A stretch of DNA of 64,000 nt from Eledone cirrhosa (taxonomy: Eukaryota): the NCBI GenBank assembly GCA_964016885.1, contig OZ024744.1, forward strand, positions 66,154,001-66,218,000. The letters are read 5' to 3'. The translations under genes and the position numbers were made by a program. The notes below the pieces were generated by a model, which saw only the letters and a program-made list of their open reading frames with translations, did no database searches and had not been told where the DNA came from. Within the stretch, counting starts at the first letter, position 1. Each line of letters starts with the position of its first letter. Positions 37,865-51,136 of the stretch are shown one piece after another.

Positions 37865-38170
37865 AGGTGCATGGCTTAGGGGTTAGAGAGTTTGTTGTGA
37901 GTTTGATTCCCGCATTGTGTCCTTGATCAAAACACTTTATTTCTTATTGCACTAGTTCACTCAGTTGATTATCTATGTTACTGGTGCCAAGCTGTAGTGG
38001 CTTTTGCTGTTCCTTTGGACAACATTGGTGGTATGGAGAGGGGAGACCAGTATGTATGGGTGACTGCTGGTCTTTCACCAAAACAACCATGCCCAGGCTT
38101 GTGCCTCAGAGGGGAACTTTCTAGGTGCAAATCCCATGGTCATTCATGACTGAAGGGTGTCTTTACACCT
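37865..38170 (+). mobile_element. Old CORE-type SINE
   Basis: ggtgcatggcttag head, ttgtgtccttgatcaaaacactttatt core. Confidence 0.7.
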
Positions 38171-38184
38171 TATATATACATGAT

Positions 38185-38335
38185 TAAGGCAGCGAATTGG
38201 GAGAGTCATTAGAACATCGGATAGAATGTTTTCCGGCTCTCTGCTCTCTGAGTTCAAATCCCGCCAAGGTTAACTTTACCTTTCATCCTTTCAAGGTCAA
38301 TAGAAAAAGTACCAGTCTAGTATTGGGGTCGATTC
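38185..38335 (+). mobile_element. Meta-domain-like SINE
   Basis: gagttcaaatcccgccaaggttaactttacctttcatcc. Confidence 0.75.
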
Positions 38336-39685
38336 TTCTTCTCTTTGGAAGAAATCTGCTGTACACAGGCCTAGAGATGGATGGGCTCTGCCAGGCTTAA
38401 AATGCCCAAGAAACGGCTTATGTCGATATGACACCCTTATGACCCTGTCAGGAGTTACAGGACCACACACATATTATATATGCATGATTGCACTGAAATT
38501 ATTTTTTCTATGCTACTCTGAGTTTTGCGTGTGTCCCCAAATGTAGATTATCAAAAGAGAATAATCTTAGTGCCACAAGAGTTGATACACTCTACTCCTG
38601 TATTGAGTGCATTTCCTTCATTTATATACTCACACACACACACATACGTACACGTACATACTCATACACATACAATCATTTATATTAATACACATTTATA
38701 TAACCTAACACATACAAACTCAGACATCTAGACACACATTAATGAATATGTGTGTGTCTGTGTGTGTGTTCGTATTTATGCGTATGTGTGTGTGTGTGTG
38801 AGCATGCATGTGTGTGTATCCGTGTATGTGTGTGTGTGTGTGTTTGTATTTATGTGTATGTGCATGTGAGTGTGAGTGTGTGTGTGTGTGTATATGCATG
38901 CATGTGTGCGTGTGAATGTACATACATGTGTGTATCCATTTATGCGTTTGTTTGTATGTATGTGTGTGTGTGTGTCCGTGTATGTGTGCACGTGTGTGTT
39001 TATGCGTGCGTGTATGTGTGTGAGATGGTGCTCCAGAGAGAGAGAGAGAGAGAAAGAAGCTACATAGTCATTCATTATAAAGAGCTTTATCTTCTTTTCA
39101 ATTGTTTAAGGAAAGCAATTGAAAAGAATGCAATTTAGAGTGAATTAGAAATATGGATGAAACATTTAAAATCTTTAGCTGTTATATTGTATATTTAGAG
39201 AGAAGTTAATAGGCATTTTGACTTTACTCACTTGAAAACACTTCAACCTGTACTGGATTGTAACCACTTAGGAAAATATCCAGCTGCCAAAATGTTAACA
39301 GGTTTGTGCATGTAGTAAGTACAAGCAGCATTAATCAAATGCCACTTATATAAAATAAATACGGTAAATATATATGTGCGCACGCGTGTGTGTGTATAGA
39401 TATGTATATTTATATATATATATATATATATATACTAATATGTATATATATATATATACTAATATATTTATATATATTTATATATATACTAATATGTGTA
39501 TTTATATATATACTAATATATATATTTATATATATACTAATATGTGTATATATATATATATACATATATATTTATATATTAATATATATTTATATATTAA
39601 TATATAAGCAAAGAGAGATTTAATTTATATATTAATATGTGTATATATATATATATTAATGTGTATATATAAATATATTAATGTG

Positions 39686-39771
<86 letters not shown>

Positions 39772-40239
39772 TAAATATATATTTATATATATATGTGTGT
39801 GTGTGCATATATGTATGTATTAGCAAACAAATAGAAAATGGCGACATATAAGATTAATGAGAGTGTCAGCTCAGAATATCTTCTGAAGTGCAACATGAAT
39901 TTCTTCCCTTTTCATCATCATGATTGTTATCATCATCATCATTGTCATCAATCAACATTATCATCATCATCATCACCATCACCATCTTAATCATCATCAC
40001 CATTATTATCGTCTTCATCATCATCAACATTTCAAAATCATTTTTTACCATGCTGGCATGGGAAGAATCTGTGTAGATTTGCTATATAGCATATCGGCAG
40101 ATAACACAACAATCTTACATTGCTTTCTAGTCGGAGAATCTAAAAAAACTCAAGATCTGATACACAACATTTACCTAACTAATTTTCTGCAGTCATGAGT
40201 AACTTCCTGTGACATAACTAATTAACATATTTCTATCTA

Positions 40240-40420
40240 GCTTTCATAGTTCTTCTGTCGATACCACAGATGTACTTGGACCCAATACTACCAAGTTCCT
40301 CCGCAAGATTGGAACATCAGCGGCTCAGCCTGTCCGAGAAAGGATTCCCATGAGGTGGAGTAGTTGTTGCAGTGGGTGTCACTGGCCATTGTCCATGGGA
40401 ATATTTTTGTGGTCTTGTCT
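40240..40420 (+). mobile_element. Decayed CRE-type LINE 3' fragment
   Basis: TDVLGPNTTKFLRKIG..LLQWVSLAIVHGNIF resembles the C-terminus of the 61.6-62.5 kb element. Confidence 0.55.
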
Positions 40421-41024
40421 GTGTGGCACAGCTTCAATACTCCCACCCCCTAGCTCCAGAGCCCATCACACTCCCCCTTCTCTACCCCCTCCTCATTCTT
40501 CTATGGCACTAGAGCTCTTGCCTTTTCCTTTTCTTTTCCGTTTTCATAACCACAAAAGATACTTCAATATTCTATGTAAATCTATTTTGTGTAGTGAGTA
40601 CTGTTCTGCCTTAGAACTCATTATCAACTTACAACATCACATGTTTGTTCATTTTGAGCACAATGTCACACTTGATATATACTTCTTGATCTTGTCTTCT
40701 ATTCTAGCTTTAATATCATATATCAAAATTTATATTATGAATTTGTATTTCTAAAACCAATGTATCATACATTCTACTGCAACCACTTCATTCATAATAT
40801 GAACTTTGGTAATTAAATCGGAAAGAACTTCAATGGTTTGTTAAAGTTATATGAAAATGAGTCAATTGTAAGGACTAACAAGATCATGTTATGATGAGAG
40901 GAAACTACGGGTTTGCTTCTTCTCCATATGAAAAATTGACTACACGAGAGCTTATATACAGAGTGTGATGCTACATGTTAGTGAAATAAAGGGCAATATA
41001 CATGGAATATTCATGTAAAGATTT

Positions 41025-41820
41025 CTGAGTTCAAATCCCACCGAGGTTAACCTTGCCTTTCATCCTTACGGGGGTCGATAAAATAAAGTACCAGTAATAC
41101 ACTGGGATAATTGTTAGCCTTGTGCCAAAAGTAGAAACAATTATTATGTAGAGGATGGATTGGCAGAATCTGTAGAGCTTTGCAGCATATAGCTTTATCT
41201 CTTTATGTTCTGAGTTCAACTTCCATTGAGGTAGGCTTTGACTTCCATCCTTATGGAGTCAATAAAATAAAGCACCAGTAGCACAATGGGGTTAATTTTA
41301 TCGGCCTTTCTCTCTGCATTCAAATTGTTAGCTTTGTGCCAAAAGTAGGAATGATTATTGTGTAGAGGGCAGTGGAGTGGCAGAATTGTCAGAAACATTA
41401 AACAAATGCTTAGCTATATTTGTTCCAAGTTCAAATTTTTTGAGTTCAAATCCCACTGAGGTCAACTTTATCTTTCATCTTTCTGAGGTCGATAAAATAT
41501 AGTATCAGTCAATTACTGGGATTGATATAATTGACTTTCCCTTCTTCCTGAAATTGCTGGCCTTGTACCAAAATTAGAAATCATAATTATATAGTTCATG
41601 AGGGTGGTGGAATGGCAGAATCATTAGAGTGTCAGACGAAATGCTTTGTGGCTTTTAGTTGCAAATTTCTACGCTCTGAGTTCATATCCCACTGAGGTCA
41701 ACTTTGCTTTTCATCCTTCCAGAGTTAATAAAATAAAGCACCAGTTAAGTACTGGGGTAAATATATTCGATTTTTTTTTCTTTCCCCACATATTGCTGGC
41801 TTGATTAGAAACAATTATTA
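41025..41820 (+). mobile_element. Cluster of four tandem Meta-domain-like SINEs
   Basis: Repeated gagttcaaatccc..tttcatcc..ataaaataaag.accag..gaaacaattatt. Confidence 0.85.
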
Positions 41821-41821
41821 T

Positions 41822-42028
41822 GTAGCATTTACACTACTCTATATAGACTGTTGTATTTTTGTGATAAAGGCTTTATCTTACATTATTATATCACATAATA
41901 TTGAATCTATGAGATGTTGATATTATTTATTTTGAGACAATACCTTAACATAAGTATGAGCGGCTGATTACAGCTGGTTTGAAAAGAATTCTGGCCGGAT
42001 ATGGCTGGTTTAAATGTTAAAGGTTTAA
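41822..42028. mobile_element. piggyBac-type MITE (left end eroded)
   Basis: tagcatttac..gataaaggctttatct..ctggccggatatggctggtttaaatgttaaagg. Confidence 0.75.
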
Positions 42029-42296
42029 GACTTGACACATAGAAGAATATTTTATTAGAAAACCAATTGAAAAGCAATGAAACTTAAAATGTAGAAGAGG
42101 TAAGGTAAAGGTACTTTAACACCTGATGGAGTTATAGGAGTACCTTCTTGACATATGGCATGTCTTGGGCATTTTACTCTTGGCAGACACCATCCCTCTC
42201 CAGGCTGGAACACAGCGCTGATTTCTTTTTCGTTTCTACCACTGCCCATCCCCTCAATCTTTCTATTTCTTCTTTAATTTCTCATTCTATTTTGTG

Positions 42297-42580
42297 GAGG
42301 TGCATGGCCTAGTGGTAAGGGTGTTGGACTTATGATCATAATATTGAGGGTTCGATTCCTGGGTTGGGTTACATGTTGTGTTCTTCAGCAAAACATTTCA
42401 TTTCACATTGCTCCAGTATATTCAGCTGAAAAATGAGTACCAGCAATAACTGAGGGTTTAACTCTGCAATGGACTGGTGTCCTGTCCAGGGGGGAGTCTT
42501 GTACTTTTGTTCACTTTATGCCATGAAACCGGGATAAACACTGGCCTAACAAGATTTTTGGCTTTAGACAGACTTTAAGA
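42297..42580 (+). mobile_element. CORE-type SINE
   Basis: A-box tggcctagtgg, B-box ggttcgattcc, core ttgtgttcttcagcaaaacatttcatttcacattgctccag. Confidence 0.8.
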
Positions 42581-42921
42581 CTTTTTTCCTATTATATATT
42601 TCTACATTGTACTGTTGTTTGCTTTGTTAATTATGTTTGTCTTTTGCATATATATATATATATATTCCACAAAATGGCTAATTAAACACACATGTGCTTC
42701 CTTCTCTCCCCCCTTTCCCAATTTGAGGAAGAATTAATCCCAGTACTAGATGGACTGACACCTTATTTATCAACCTCAAAAGGATGACTGGTAAATTTGA
42801 CCATAGTTGGATTTGAACTCTGAGCACAGTGAACCGAAACAAATATGGTGTAGCTAATATTACTTTAAAACATTTTAAGGCTAACATTTCTAAAAACAAT
42901 CTGTAAACTTGATATACTTAA

Positions 42922-43421
42922 CACTTCAGTTTTTAAACTGGTTGTATCCGGCCAGAATTCTCTCACCTCTTTCGGTTCAAAGCGGCTGTAACCAGCTGCT
43001 CATACTGATGTTACGGTATTGTTCTCAAAACGAATAACATCAAAATCTCAGAGATTCAATATTATGTGAGATAATTATCTGAGATAAAGTGTTTACATGA
43101 AAATACAATAGTATATATAGAGTAATCATCATCATCATCATCATCATTTTACGTCCGCTTTTCCCTGCTTGCAAGGGTGGGACGGGAACTGATTCTGGCT
43201 TGATTTCTACAGTTGGTTGCCCTTCCTAACTCCAACCTCATTTACAGTGAGTGCTGGGTGCTTTTTTGCCATAGCACCTCCACGACCACTTTGCAGTGGA
43301 ATGATATGGACCCCAGTCCCTATCATCTCATTTCTACAGCTGAGTAAACTGGAGCAATGTGAAATAAAGTGTCTTGCTCAAGGAAACAACACATCACTCA
43401 GTCTGTGTAAATGCTAAAGGG
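42922..43421. mobile_element. piggyBac-type MITE interrupted by a 5'-truncated CORE SINE (43125-43400, minus)
   Basis: TTAA at 42918 and 43422; taaatgctaaaggg terminus; nested SINE. Confidence 0.8.
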
Positions 43422-44189
43422 TTAAAGACTGCATATTTGATACAGTTGTACCATTCACCCCTAGTACAGTCAGTGCACCTTTCCAGACACACACACACAC
43501 ATAAATATGCATATTGAGGGAGCAGCTTTCCTTTCAAATCTCCAGCCAAATCTTTTGTCACCATTGGTTGACATTAAAATGGCATCAACAGAAGCTGAGG
43601 ATTTGGGGTCTAATTCAGATATATGTGAAAAAGGCAGCCAAAGAAACATGAGTACCTAAATGACAAAATAGTTAATGTAATAAATATCTGTATTCCACAA
43701 CTCATCCCATGGATTGAGTGCTCCCCTAGCTTTAGATATTCCTTATCAAATTACACTATATATAAACACACACACACACACATGAGGTATGTGTGTGTGT
43801 GTGTTTCAGAAAGCTTCAATGTGATAACACAGAAGCTGGTAGGAATTAGTCACAGTTGGCATACCTCTGATCATATGTCAGCTCAATCAGGGTTGACCCG
43901 GGGCTAAATAACAAGAGCAATAGACATATATGGAGACGAGAGAGAGAGGTTCAGTGAGAAAGAGAAGAGAAGAGAAAACTTATCTAAGCAATATACACAC
44001 CTAGTTGTATTGTATTTATAATAATGAATTAACAATGAAATTAGATTGATTCAAGTTGAATTGGATACGTACATACAAGTGTATGTGTGTATGGATGTGT
44101 GTATGTATGCACGTGTATGAATGTTTATGTATATATAGCTCTATCTATATATCTATCTATCTATCTATAAATAAAGAAACATATCTATC

Positions 44190-44231
<42 letters not shown>

Positions 44232-44297
44232 AATTACCAACAAATTGAATATCCCTTTTGCTTATATATATATATATGTATACATATATATATAAAC

Positions 44298-44328
<31 letters not shown>

Positions 44329-44330
44329 CA

Positions 44331-44366
<36 letters not shown>

Positions 44367-44429
44367 GTATACATATATATATAAACATATATATATACAT
44401 ATATATATATATACATATATATATATACA

Positions 44430-44492
<63 letters not shown>
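44190..44492. repeat. (TA)n microsatellite
   Basis: Directly visible. Confidence 0.95.
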
Positions 44493-44496
<4 letters not shown>

Positions 44497-45016
44497 AACC
44501 TAACCCTTGTTCACAGTCCAGAAATCATTCTCACCAACCACCACCCCACACATATACAAAGGGTCACACACACACACACACACACACACGCATACATGCA
44601 CATCTACATACACAGACACATACACGCACACACAGATACACACACACACACACACCCTCTCTCTCTCAGAAATTCATCCCTGTACACAACATAATACACA
44701 TTTGCTGGAAAAGCAGACAAGACCCAACATCACAACATCGCATTTCTCTCTCTCCCTCTCTCTTCTCTCAGTCTCTTCTTTCTCGCCCCCTCCCCCCCTC
44801 TCTCTCTCTTTCAAGGTTACACATTATTACTAAAGCTATTTGCAGCATGCATGCTAGTCAAACACACAAGTAACATCTATTGCCTTAGGTTAAACACGAC
44901 ACCAACTCCTCTATATTGGATATTTTCCTCATCTACTGCTTGTCTCGTTCCCTCAATGCCTGCATCTATACATAATACATCTCTCTCCTTTTATTATCAT
45001 CTTTTAGCCTTTTATG

Positions 45017-45047
45017 GAAAGAAAAGAAAGAAAAGAAAGAAGAAAAG

Positions 45048-45078
<31 letters not shown>

Positions 45079-45169
45079 GAAAAGAAAAGAAAAGAAAAGA
45101 AAAGAAAAGAAAAGAAAAGAAAAGAAAAGAAAAGAAAAGAAAAGAAAAGAAAAGAAAAGAAAAGAAAAG

Positions 45170-45200
<31 letters not shown>

Positions 45201-45230
45201 GAAAAGAAAAAATAGAAAGAAAGAAAGAAG
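45017..45230. repeat. (GAAAA)n pentanucleotide repeat
   Basis: Directly visible. Confidence 0.95.
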
Positions 45231-45534
45231 CAAAAGACCTTTATTTTTATTTTGTTTTGTTTTTGTTTTTGTTTTATTTATTTTTTTTAAATTTTATTTT
45301 TGTTTTATTTATTTCTCATTGGTGACCTTTTCCTTTTCCTTTTCGTTTGGTCGTGGTCGTAGCTAATACTAATATAGCTTTATTAGTAGCTTGTACACAC
45401 AACATATCGACAGATGTTACGGTGTGTGGAACAGCTAGCATCATCTATCTGTACTGTTTGCCTGCAGGGGAACAATCAATGTGGGGGCCAATCTTGGCTG
45501 CATTTGTCATCTTAACATAGATAGCACTTTCCCT

Positions 45535-45689
45535 GTCTCTCTCTCTCTCTCTCTCACTCTCTCTAGCTCTCTCTCTTCTCTCCCTTTATCTTTACTTCTT
45601 TATCTCTGTTTATCCCCTCGCCACCCCCCTTCTCTCTCTCTTGTTCTTTCTCCTTCCTTCTCTCTATATACCCCTCACACACACACACA

Positions 45690-45724
<35 letters not shown>

Positions 45725-45858
45725 TATATATATATATACTTCTCTCTATCTATCTACCCCTTTCTGTCTTTATATCTAGCTCTCTTTCTTTATCTCTATT
45801 TATCTACTTTCACCCTCTCTCTATCTATCTCTTTATCTATATCAATCTATCTACCTAC

Positions 45859-45935
<77 letters not shown>

Positions 45936-46090
45936 CCACCTCCTCTCTCTCTATATCTATCTATCTAACTATCTTTCTACCACTCTTCTCCTTTTCTCTC
46001 TCTATATATCTATCTATCTACCTATCATTCTACCTCTCCTCCCTCTCCCACACCATCTCTATCTCTCTATCTTTCTATCAATCCATCTAT
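45535..46090. repeat. (CT)/(CTAT)-rich polypyrimidine tract
   Basis: Directly visible. Confidence 0.9.
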
Positions 46091-46724
46091 TTCCCTTTCC
46101 TTCTTCAAGATTCTCATCTTTGTCCGACTTCAGAATGGATCAGCTGAATCACATGCATGGTGTGTGTGTGTGTGCGTGTGTGTCTGTGTGTGTGCATGCA
46201 AGATTCTATCTGTTTCTTTCACGTGAAGTGTGTATGTATGTTTGCATGTGTGGGTGTGTATATATATATATACATGTATGCATATGTATATATGTGCATA
46301 CACAAACACGCACACACCTATATAATGTTAGAGACATAGGTAGCTACATGCACAGACACACACACACAGACAAGTACACACACACATATTATGTTAGGGA
46401 CATAGATAGCCACTTGCACACAGACACACACACACACACACCCACATTATTTTACCCTCCCCCCATGCACACAAACATGCACCCGCAGATATAATATTAA
46501 AGACATAGATAGATACTTGCACACACATACCCCCTCACACACACTCCCCACCCCCCACACTCACACATCCCCACCCGATGCACATAATGCTGGCCCCTGT
46601 ATAAAATGATACTCAATGATTTTTTTTTATATTGTTCCTGATCCTCATTACTTTGCATTCTTGATCCCTGGAATCAGCTGGATTAAGGTTGACCTAGGGT
46701 TAAACAACAGCTAAATGTCCTATA

Positions 46725-46726
<2 letters not shown>

Positions 46727-46808
<82 letters not shown>

Positions 46809-47003
46809 AGAGAGAGAGAGAGAGAAGAGGAGAGAAAGAGAGAGAGAAGGTGAGGGGTGGGAGAAGGAGGAGAGAGGGAGTGAGAGAAACAAAGGGGAGA
46901 TGAGAGAGAGAGAGAGAGAGAGGAGAAAAGTAAAAGAGAAAGAAGGTGAGAGAGAGAGAGAAAGAGAAAGAAGGCGAGAGAGAAGGAGGAGAGAGAGATA
47001 GAG

Positions 47004-47055
<52 letters not shown>
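46727..47055. repeat. (GA)n polypurine tract
   Basis: Directly visible. Confidence 0.95.
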
Positions 47056-47324
47056 GAGAGTGGTGGGTGTGTGGTTCTGCATTGTCTGTAAGTCTGTAAG
47101 AAATAACACTGAAGAGACAGACAGAACATGACACCATGTCATAGAAATGACCAAAGAAAGATTTGTCATCCGTAGACATAATCCAATGTTTAAGGCTCGT
47201 TATGCGATCATTTTGTACATTGGCATCATTAGGAAGCTCAATCATGTTGGTACCCAAATCTGTTGCAGCTTCCAGACATATTTAATCAAATTCATTCCCC
47301 ATCACTTAATTCTTAACATTAAGT

Positions 47325-47485
47325 CAACCCGAGTGCATTACTGGATTTTTATTTTATCGAACCCTATGAGGATGAAAGGCAAAGCTAACCTTGGTGGGAT
47401 TTGAACTCAGAATGAAAAGGGCCATAAATCTATGCTTCAAAGCAAGGTGTCTGACCCTCTACCGGTACTGCCAATCTGCTGTCCT
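47325..47485 (-). mobile_element. Meta-domain-like SINE
   Basis: Family motifs. Confidence 0.8.
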
Positions 47486-47504
47486 GCCATATGATAATAA
47501 TGAT

Positions 47505-48440
47505 GCTGTTCAGATTTGCGCCTGGTAAAAGTACTACAGATTCCCTCTTCCTTGTGAGGCTACTGCCGGAGAAGCAGCTAGCTTCTATTGGCGTGTTAAC
47601 ATGGAGAAAACTTTTGACAGGGTCCCCTGATCTACAATCTAATCAACACTAAGGAAACTAGGGGTAGATGAGTGACTTGTGAGGGTGGTATAGGCCATAA
47701 ACAGAGGTGCAGTCAGCAAGGTTAAAATTAATAATGGGTATAGTGAGGAGTTTTGTGTGCAAGTGGAAGTTCACCAGGGCTCCATTCTTAGCCCACTCCT
47801 ATTTATTATCGTCCTCAAGGCTATAACAAGAGTTTAAAAATGCTGCCCATGGGAACTCATGTATGCTGATGATCTAACTTTCATAGCTGAATCTGTTGCA
47901 AAATTAGGGAAAAAAATTCCTAACCTGGAAGCATAACCTGGAATCAAAAGGTCTTAAAGTCAACTTGGCAAAGACCAAAGTACCAGTAAGTAGTAAAGAA
48001 AACAAAACCTTGACTCCTTCTGGGAAATGGCTTTGCTCAGTGTGTAGGAAAGTGGTTGGTAGAAATTCCATTATTTGTTCCAAAGGCATGCTATGGGTAC
48101 ACAAGAGATGTAGTGGGACCTACGAAGATTGACAAGAAATGAAGCTTGCATGCTCTGAAGGATGTGTAATAATAATATACATGAACGACAATGCATAAAC
48201 TGAAAGAGAAACTGGGCATAAAAGGGGTCAGATGAAGTGCGGAGGAGAGGAGATTCTGGTGGAATAGACATGTGATGTGTATGGAAGAGGACAACTATAT
48301 AAAAAGATGCAGGGCACTTGAAATGGTAGGTCACTATGGAAGAGGAAAACTCATGTAATTATGGGATGAAGTGATAAAAGCTGACCTCACATGATTAAAC
48401 CTCTCAAAGTTTGGACATAGGATCGATATCTCTGGTGTTA
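47505..48440 (+). mobile_element. Older decayed RTE LINE (RT and 3' region)
   Basis: VHQGSILSPLLFIIV, CPWELMYADDL homologous to 26490-27120. Confidence 0.85.
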
Positions 48441-48699
48441 AGCATAAGATCCACCTTCCAATGTGCACCCTTCACTCCCTCGCCCTTCCATATCCTCACG
48501 TCTTAACACTCCACCCTTCATCAGCTAAGTACTCCACATTAGACCTACCTCTTTAAACCCCATCCTGTATACATGCACCACACCCTCCTCCAACCTACCA
48601 CTTTCCATATCAGATACACCTTTCTTGCCCAACCCATGCATGCAAGCATGGAAAGCTGGACTTGTTTCCCAACAATGCTGTTGAAATGGCTAAAAACTT

Positions 48700-49050
48700 C
48701 CAGTCCTCCCTGTAAGGTGGTCATGTGATGACAAAACACAAGCCCCTAGTCCACCATGCATGATGATCATGCTGGTGATATGACAAAAGAGTACCCAGTC
48801 CATCTTGTAAGGTTGTTGTGCTAGTGACACAACAAATAAGCATCCAGTTCATCCTGTAAAGTGAACATGTTGGTGATATGACAAAAAACACCCAGTTCAC
48901 CCTGCAAATATTGTTGGCACTAGGAAGGGCATCCAGCCATAAAAACCAAGCCAGATACAGATCTGTATGAGCAAAACATGGTCACCTGATCTGACTTGTC
49001 TCACAACAGGACAAACTTAACCAACCCACGGTAGCATGGAAAAATGAATG
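48700..49050 (+). mobile_element. Old RTE-tailed SINE with degenerate 48-bp repeats
   Basis: tgtaaRgtg..tgacaaaa..cccag units then ggcactaggaagggcatccagcc tail. Confidence 0.75.
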
Positions 49051-49140
49051 TTTTATATATATATATAAGCAATGAGTTATTCAAACAGAACTCAAAACGT
49101 TAAGTTATAGTTTTGAATATGTCACTATCTATAAAACAAC

Positions 49141-49197
49141 TTTTATCTGATGAGAGCATACCAAAATTTTGGTACCCTTGAAATATATATAATAAAA
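49141..49197 (+). ncRNA. Type I hammerhead motif, family A
   Basis: ttttat CTGATGA gagcataccaaaattttggtaccctt GAAA tatata TA ataaaa. Confidence 0.7.
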
Positions 49198-49198
49198 T

Positions 49199-49241
<43 letters not shown>

Positions 49242-49278
49242 GAAAATCCGAAGGCAAGGTAAAATTCCAATCATTTAA

Positions 49279-49352
49279 TCACGACACATGTTTCAATAAG
49301 AGATAGATCGATTGTGAAGCCATGATCGATTATCACTGATCTCATCAGGTGA
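49279..49352 (-). ncRNA. Type I hammerhead motif, family E
   Basis: tcac CTGATGA ..gata atcgat..atcgat c tatc.. GAAAC atgt GTC gtga, overlapping attaaa. Confidence 0.75.
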
Positions 49353-49398
49353 AAATGAATTGTCTTCAAATTCTTGATATGAGGGAGAAAAAATAACG

Positions 49399-49483
49399 AC
49401 ACATTACCCGGTCTGAGAATTGAACTCACAACCTTTCGACTGCAAGCAAGGCCAATGGTCTAACCACTAAGCCATGTGCCTCC

Positions 49484-49520
<37 letters not shown>

Positions 49521-49800
49521 TCATCATCATCATTTCATTTTACGTCCGCTTTTTCCCTGCTTGCAAGGGTGGGACGGGAACTGATGCTGGCTTGATTTCT
49601 ACAGCTGGATGCCCTTCCTAACACCAACCTCATTTACAGTGAGTGCTGGGTGCTTTTTTGCCGTGGCACATCCATGACCACTTTGCAGTGGAATGATAGG
49701 GACCCCAGTCTCTATCATCTCATTTCTACAGCTGAGTAAACTGGAGCAATGTGAAATAAAGTGTCTTGCTCAAGGAAACAACACATCACCCAGTCTGAGA
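49399..49800 (-). mobile_element. CORE SINE in permuted order (body 49517-49800, head 49399-49483)
   Basis: Both ends share the 20-nt acacatYacccRgtctgaga. Confidence 0.8.
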
Positions 49801-49818
49801 TATATATATATATATATA

Positions 49819-50160
49819 TGGAGGCACATGGCTTAGTGGTTAGAGCATTGGCCTTGCAATCGAAAGGTTGTGAGTTCAATTCTCAAACCAGGAGATGTGT
49901 TGTTTCCTTGAGCAAGACACTTTATTTCACATTGCTCCAGTTTACTCAACTGTAGAAATGAGATGATAGGGACTGGGGTCCATATCATTCCACTGCAAAG
50001 TGGTCGTGCAGGTGCCACGGCAAAAAAGCATCCAGCACTCACTGTAAATGAGGTTGGTGTTAGGAAGGGCATCCGGCTGTAGAAATCAAGCCAGAATCAG
50101 TTCCCGTCCCACCCTTGCAAGCAAGGAAAAAGCGGTCGTAAAATGAAATGATGATGATGA
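49819..50160 (+). mobile_element. CORE-type SINE with RTE tail, full length
   Basis: Family of 18366-18692. Confidence 0.9.
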
Positions 50161-50375
50161 AAATGATATATATATATATATATATATATGACCGGGTGAT
50201 ATATATATATATATATATTTCCCGTCCCACCCCTGCAAGCATGGAGAAGTGAACATAAAATGAAGTGCTGATATATGTATATATACCCATTCTAGAAAAT
50301 GGATGTTAAATGATGATGATGATGACATATATATACATATGTATATGCATATATATATATATATAAATATATATA

Positions 50376-50772
50376 TGCGACGGCTGGAGAGAAATGAAGC
50401 AAGTATGCTCTGTTGGATGTGCAATGTCAATGTGCGTGAACGACCAAGCATAGACGAGTTGAGAAAGAAACTGGCTATAAGAGGGATAAGTTGTGGTGTG
50501 CAGGAGACAAGGCTGAGATGGTATGGACATGTGATGTACATGGAGGATGACCGCTGGGAAAAGAAGTGCCAGGAAATCCCAGTAGAAGGAAGATGCAGTA
50601 GAGTTAGACGACAAAAAACATGGGCGGAGGTGGTGAGAACAGACCTCAGATCGCTGAAACTCACGGTGGAGATGACAAAGGGCCGTGACAAGTGGAGAGA
50701 TGCTGTGCTGAATAGAACATGTCCAACCCTTGCAAGCAGGGAAAAGCGGACGTAAAATGATGATGATGATGA
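50376..50772 (+). mobile_element. RTE LINE 3' end
   Basis: RRLERNEASML..RLRWYGHV..; (tga)n tail. Confidence 0.95.
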
Positions 50773-50909
50773 TATATATATGAGTTACTGTGTTTATGTT
50801 GTCATTTACATTGTGAAAAATGCACACACATACACAAACACATATGTGCATGCACATAACATATACATATATATATATATACATACATACACATATTTAT
50901 ACACACATA

Positions 50910-51125
50910 TGCAAGAGATGTCAACATGAATGGACCTGTTATTTTTATCTAAAGATATTTTTTCCAATTCCAACCTGCCCGTCCCCTCACTTTCTCATTC
51001 TTTCTTCTGATGAAGGACTAATGTCCGAAACTTTAAGACCCTCTTCCTGCTATATCAAGCATTAGCCTAATATATCCCTTCTATATACTGAACCAATTGT
51101 GTTGTTATTTCTGTTTACCTTATAC
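50910..51125 (+). mobile_element. Solo Penelope pLTR (family G) with hammerhead at 51003-51038
   Basis: Close match to 37550-37780; tctt CTGATGA a ggac taat gtcc GAAAC ttt aaga. Confidence 0.85.
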
Positions 51126-51136
51126 AAATATATATA

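Noticed and set aside
44851-46494. Long ORFs of 171 and 337 aa
   Set aside because: Composed mainly of (GAAAA)n, CT and TA repeats
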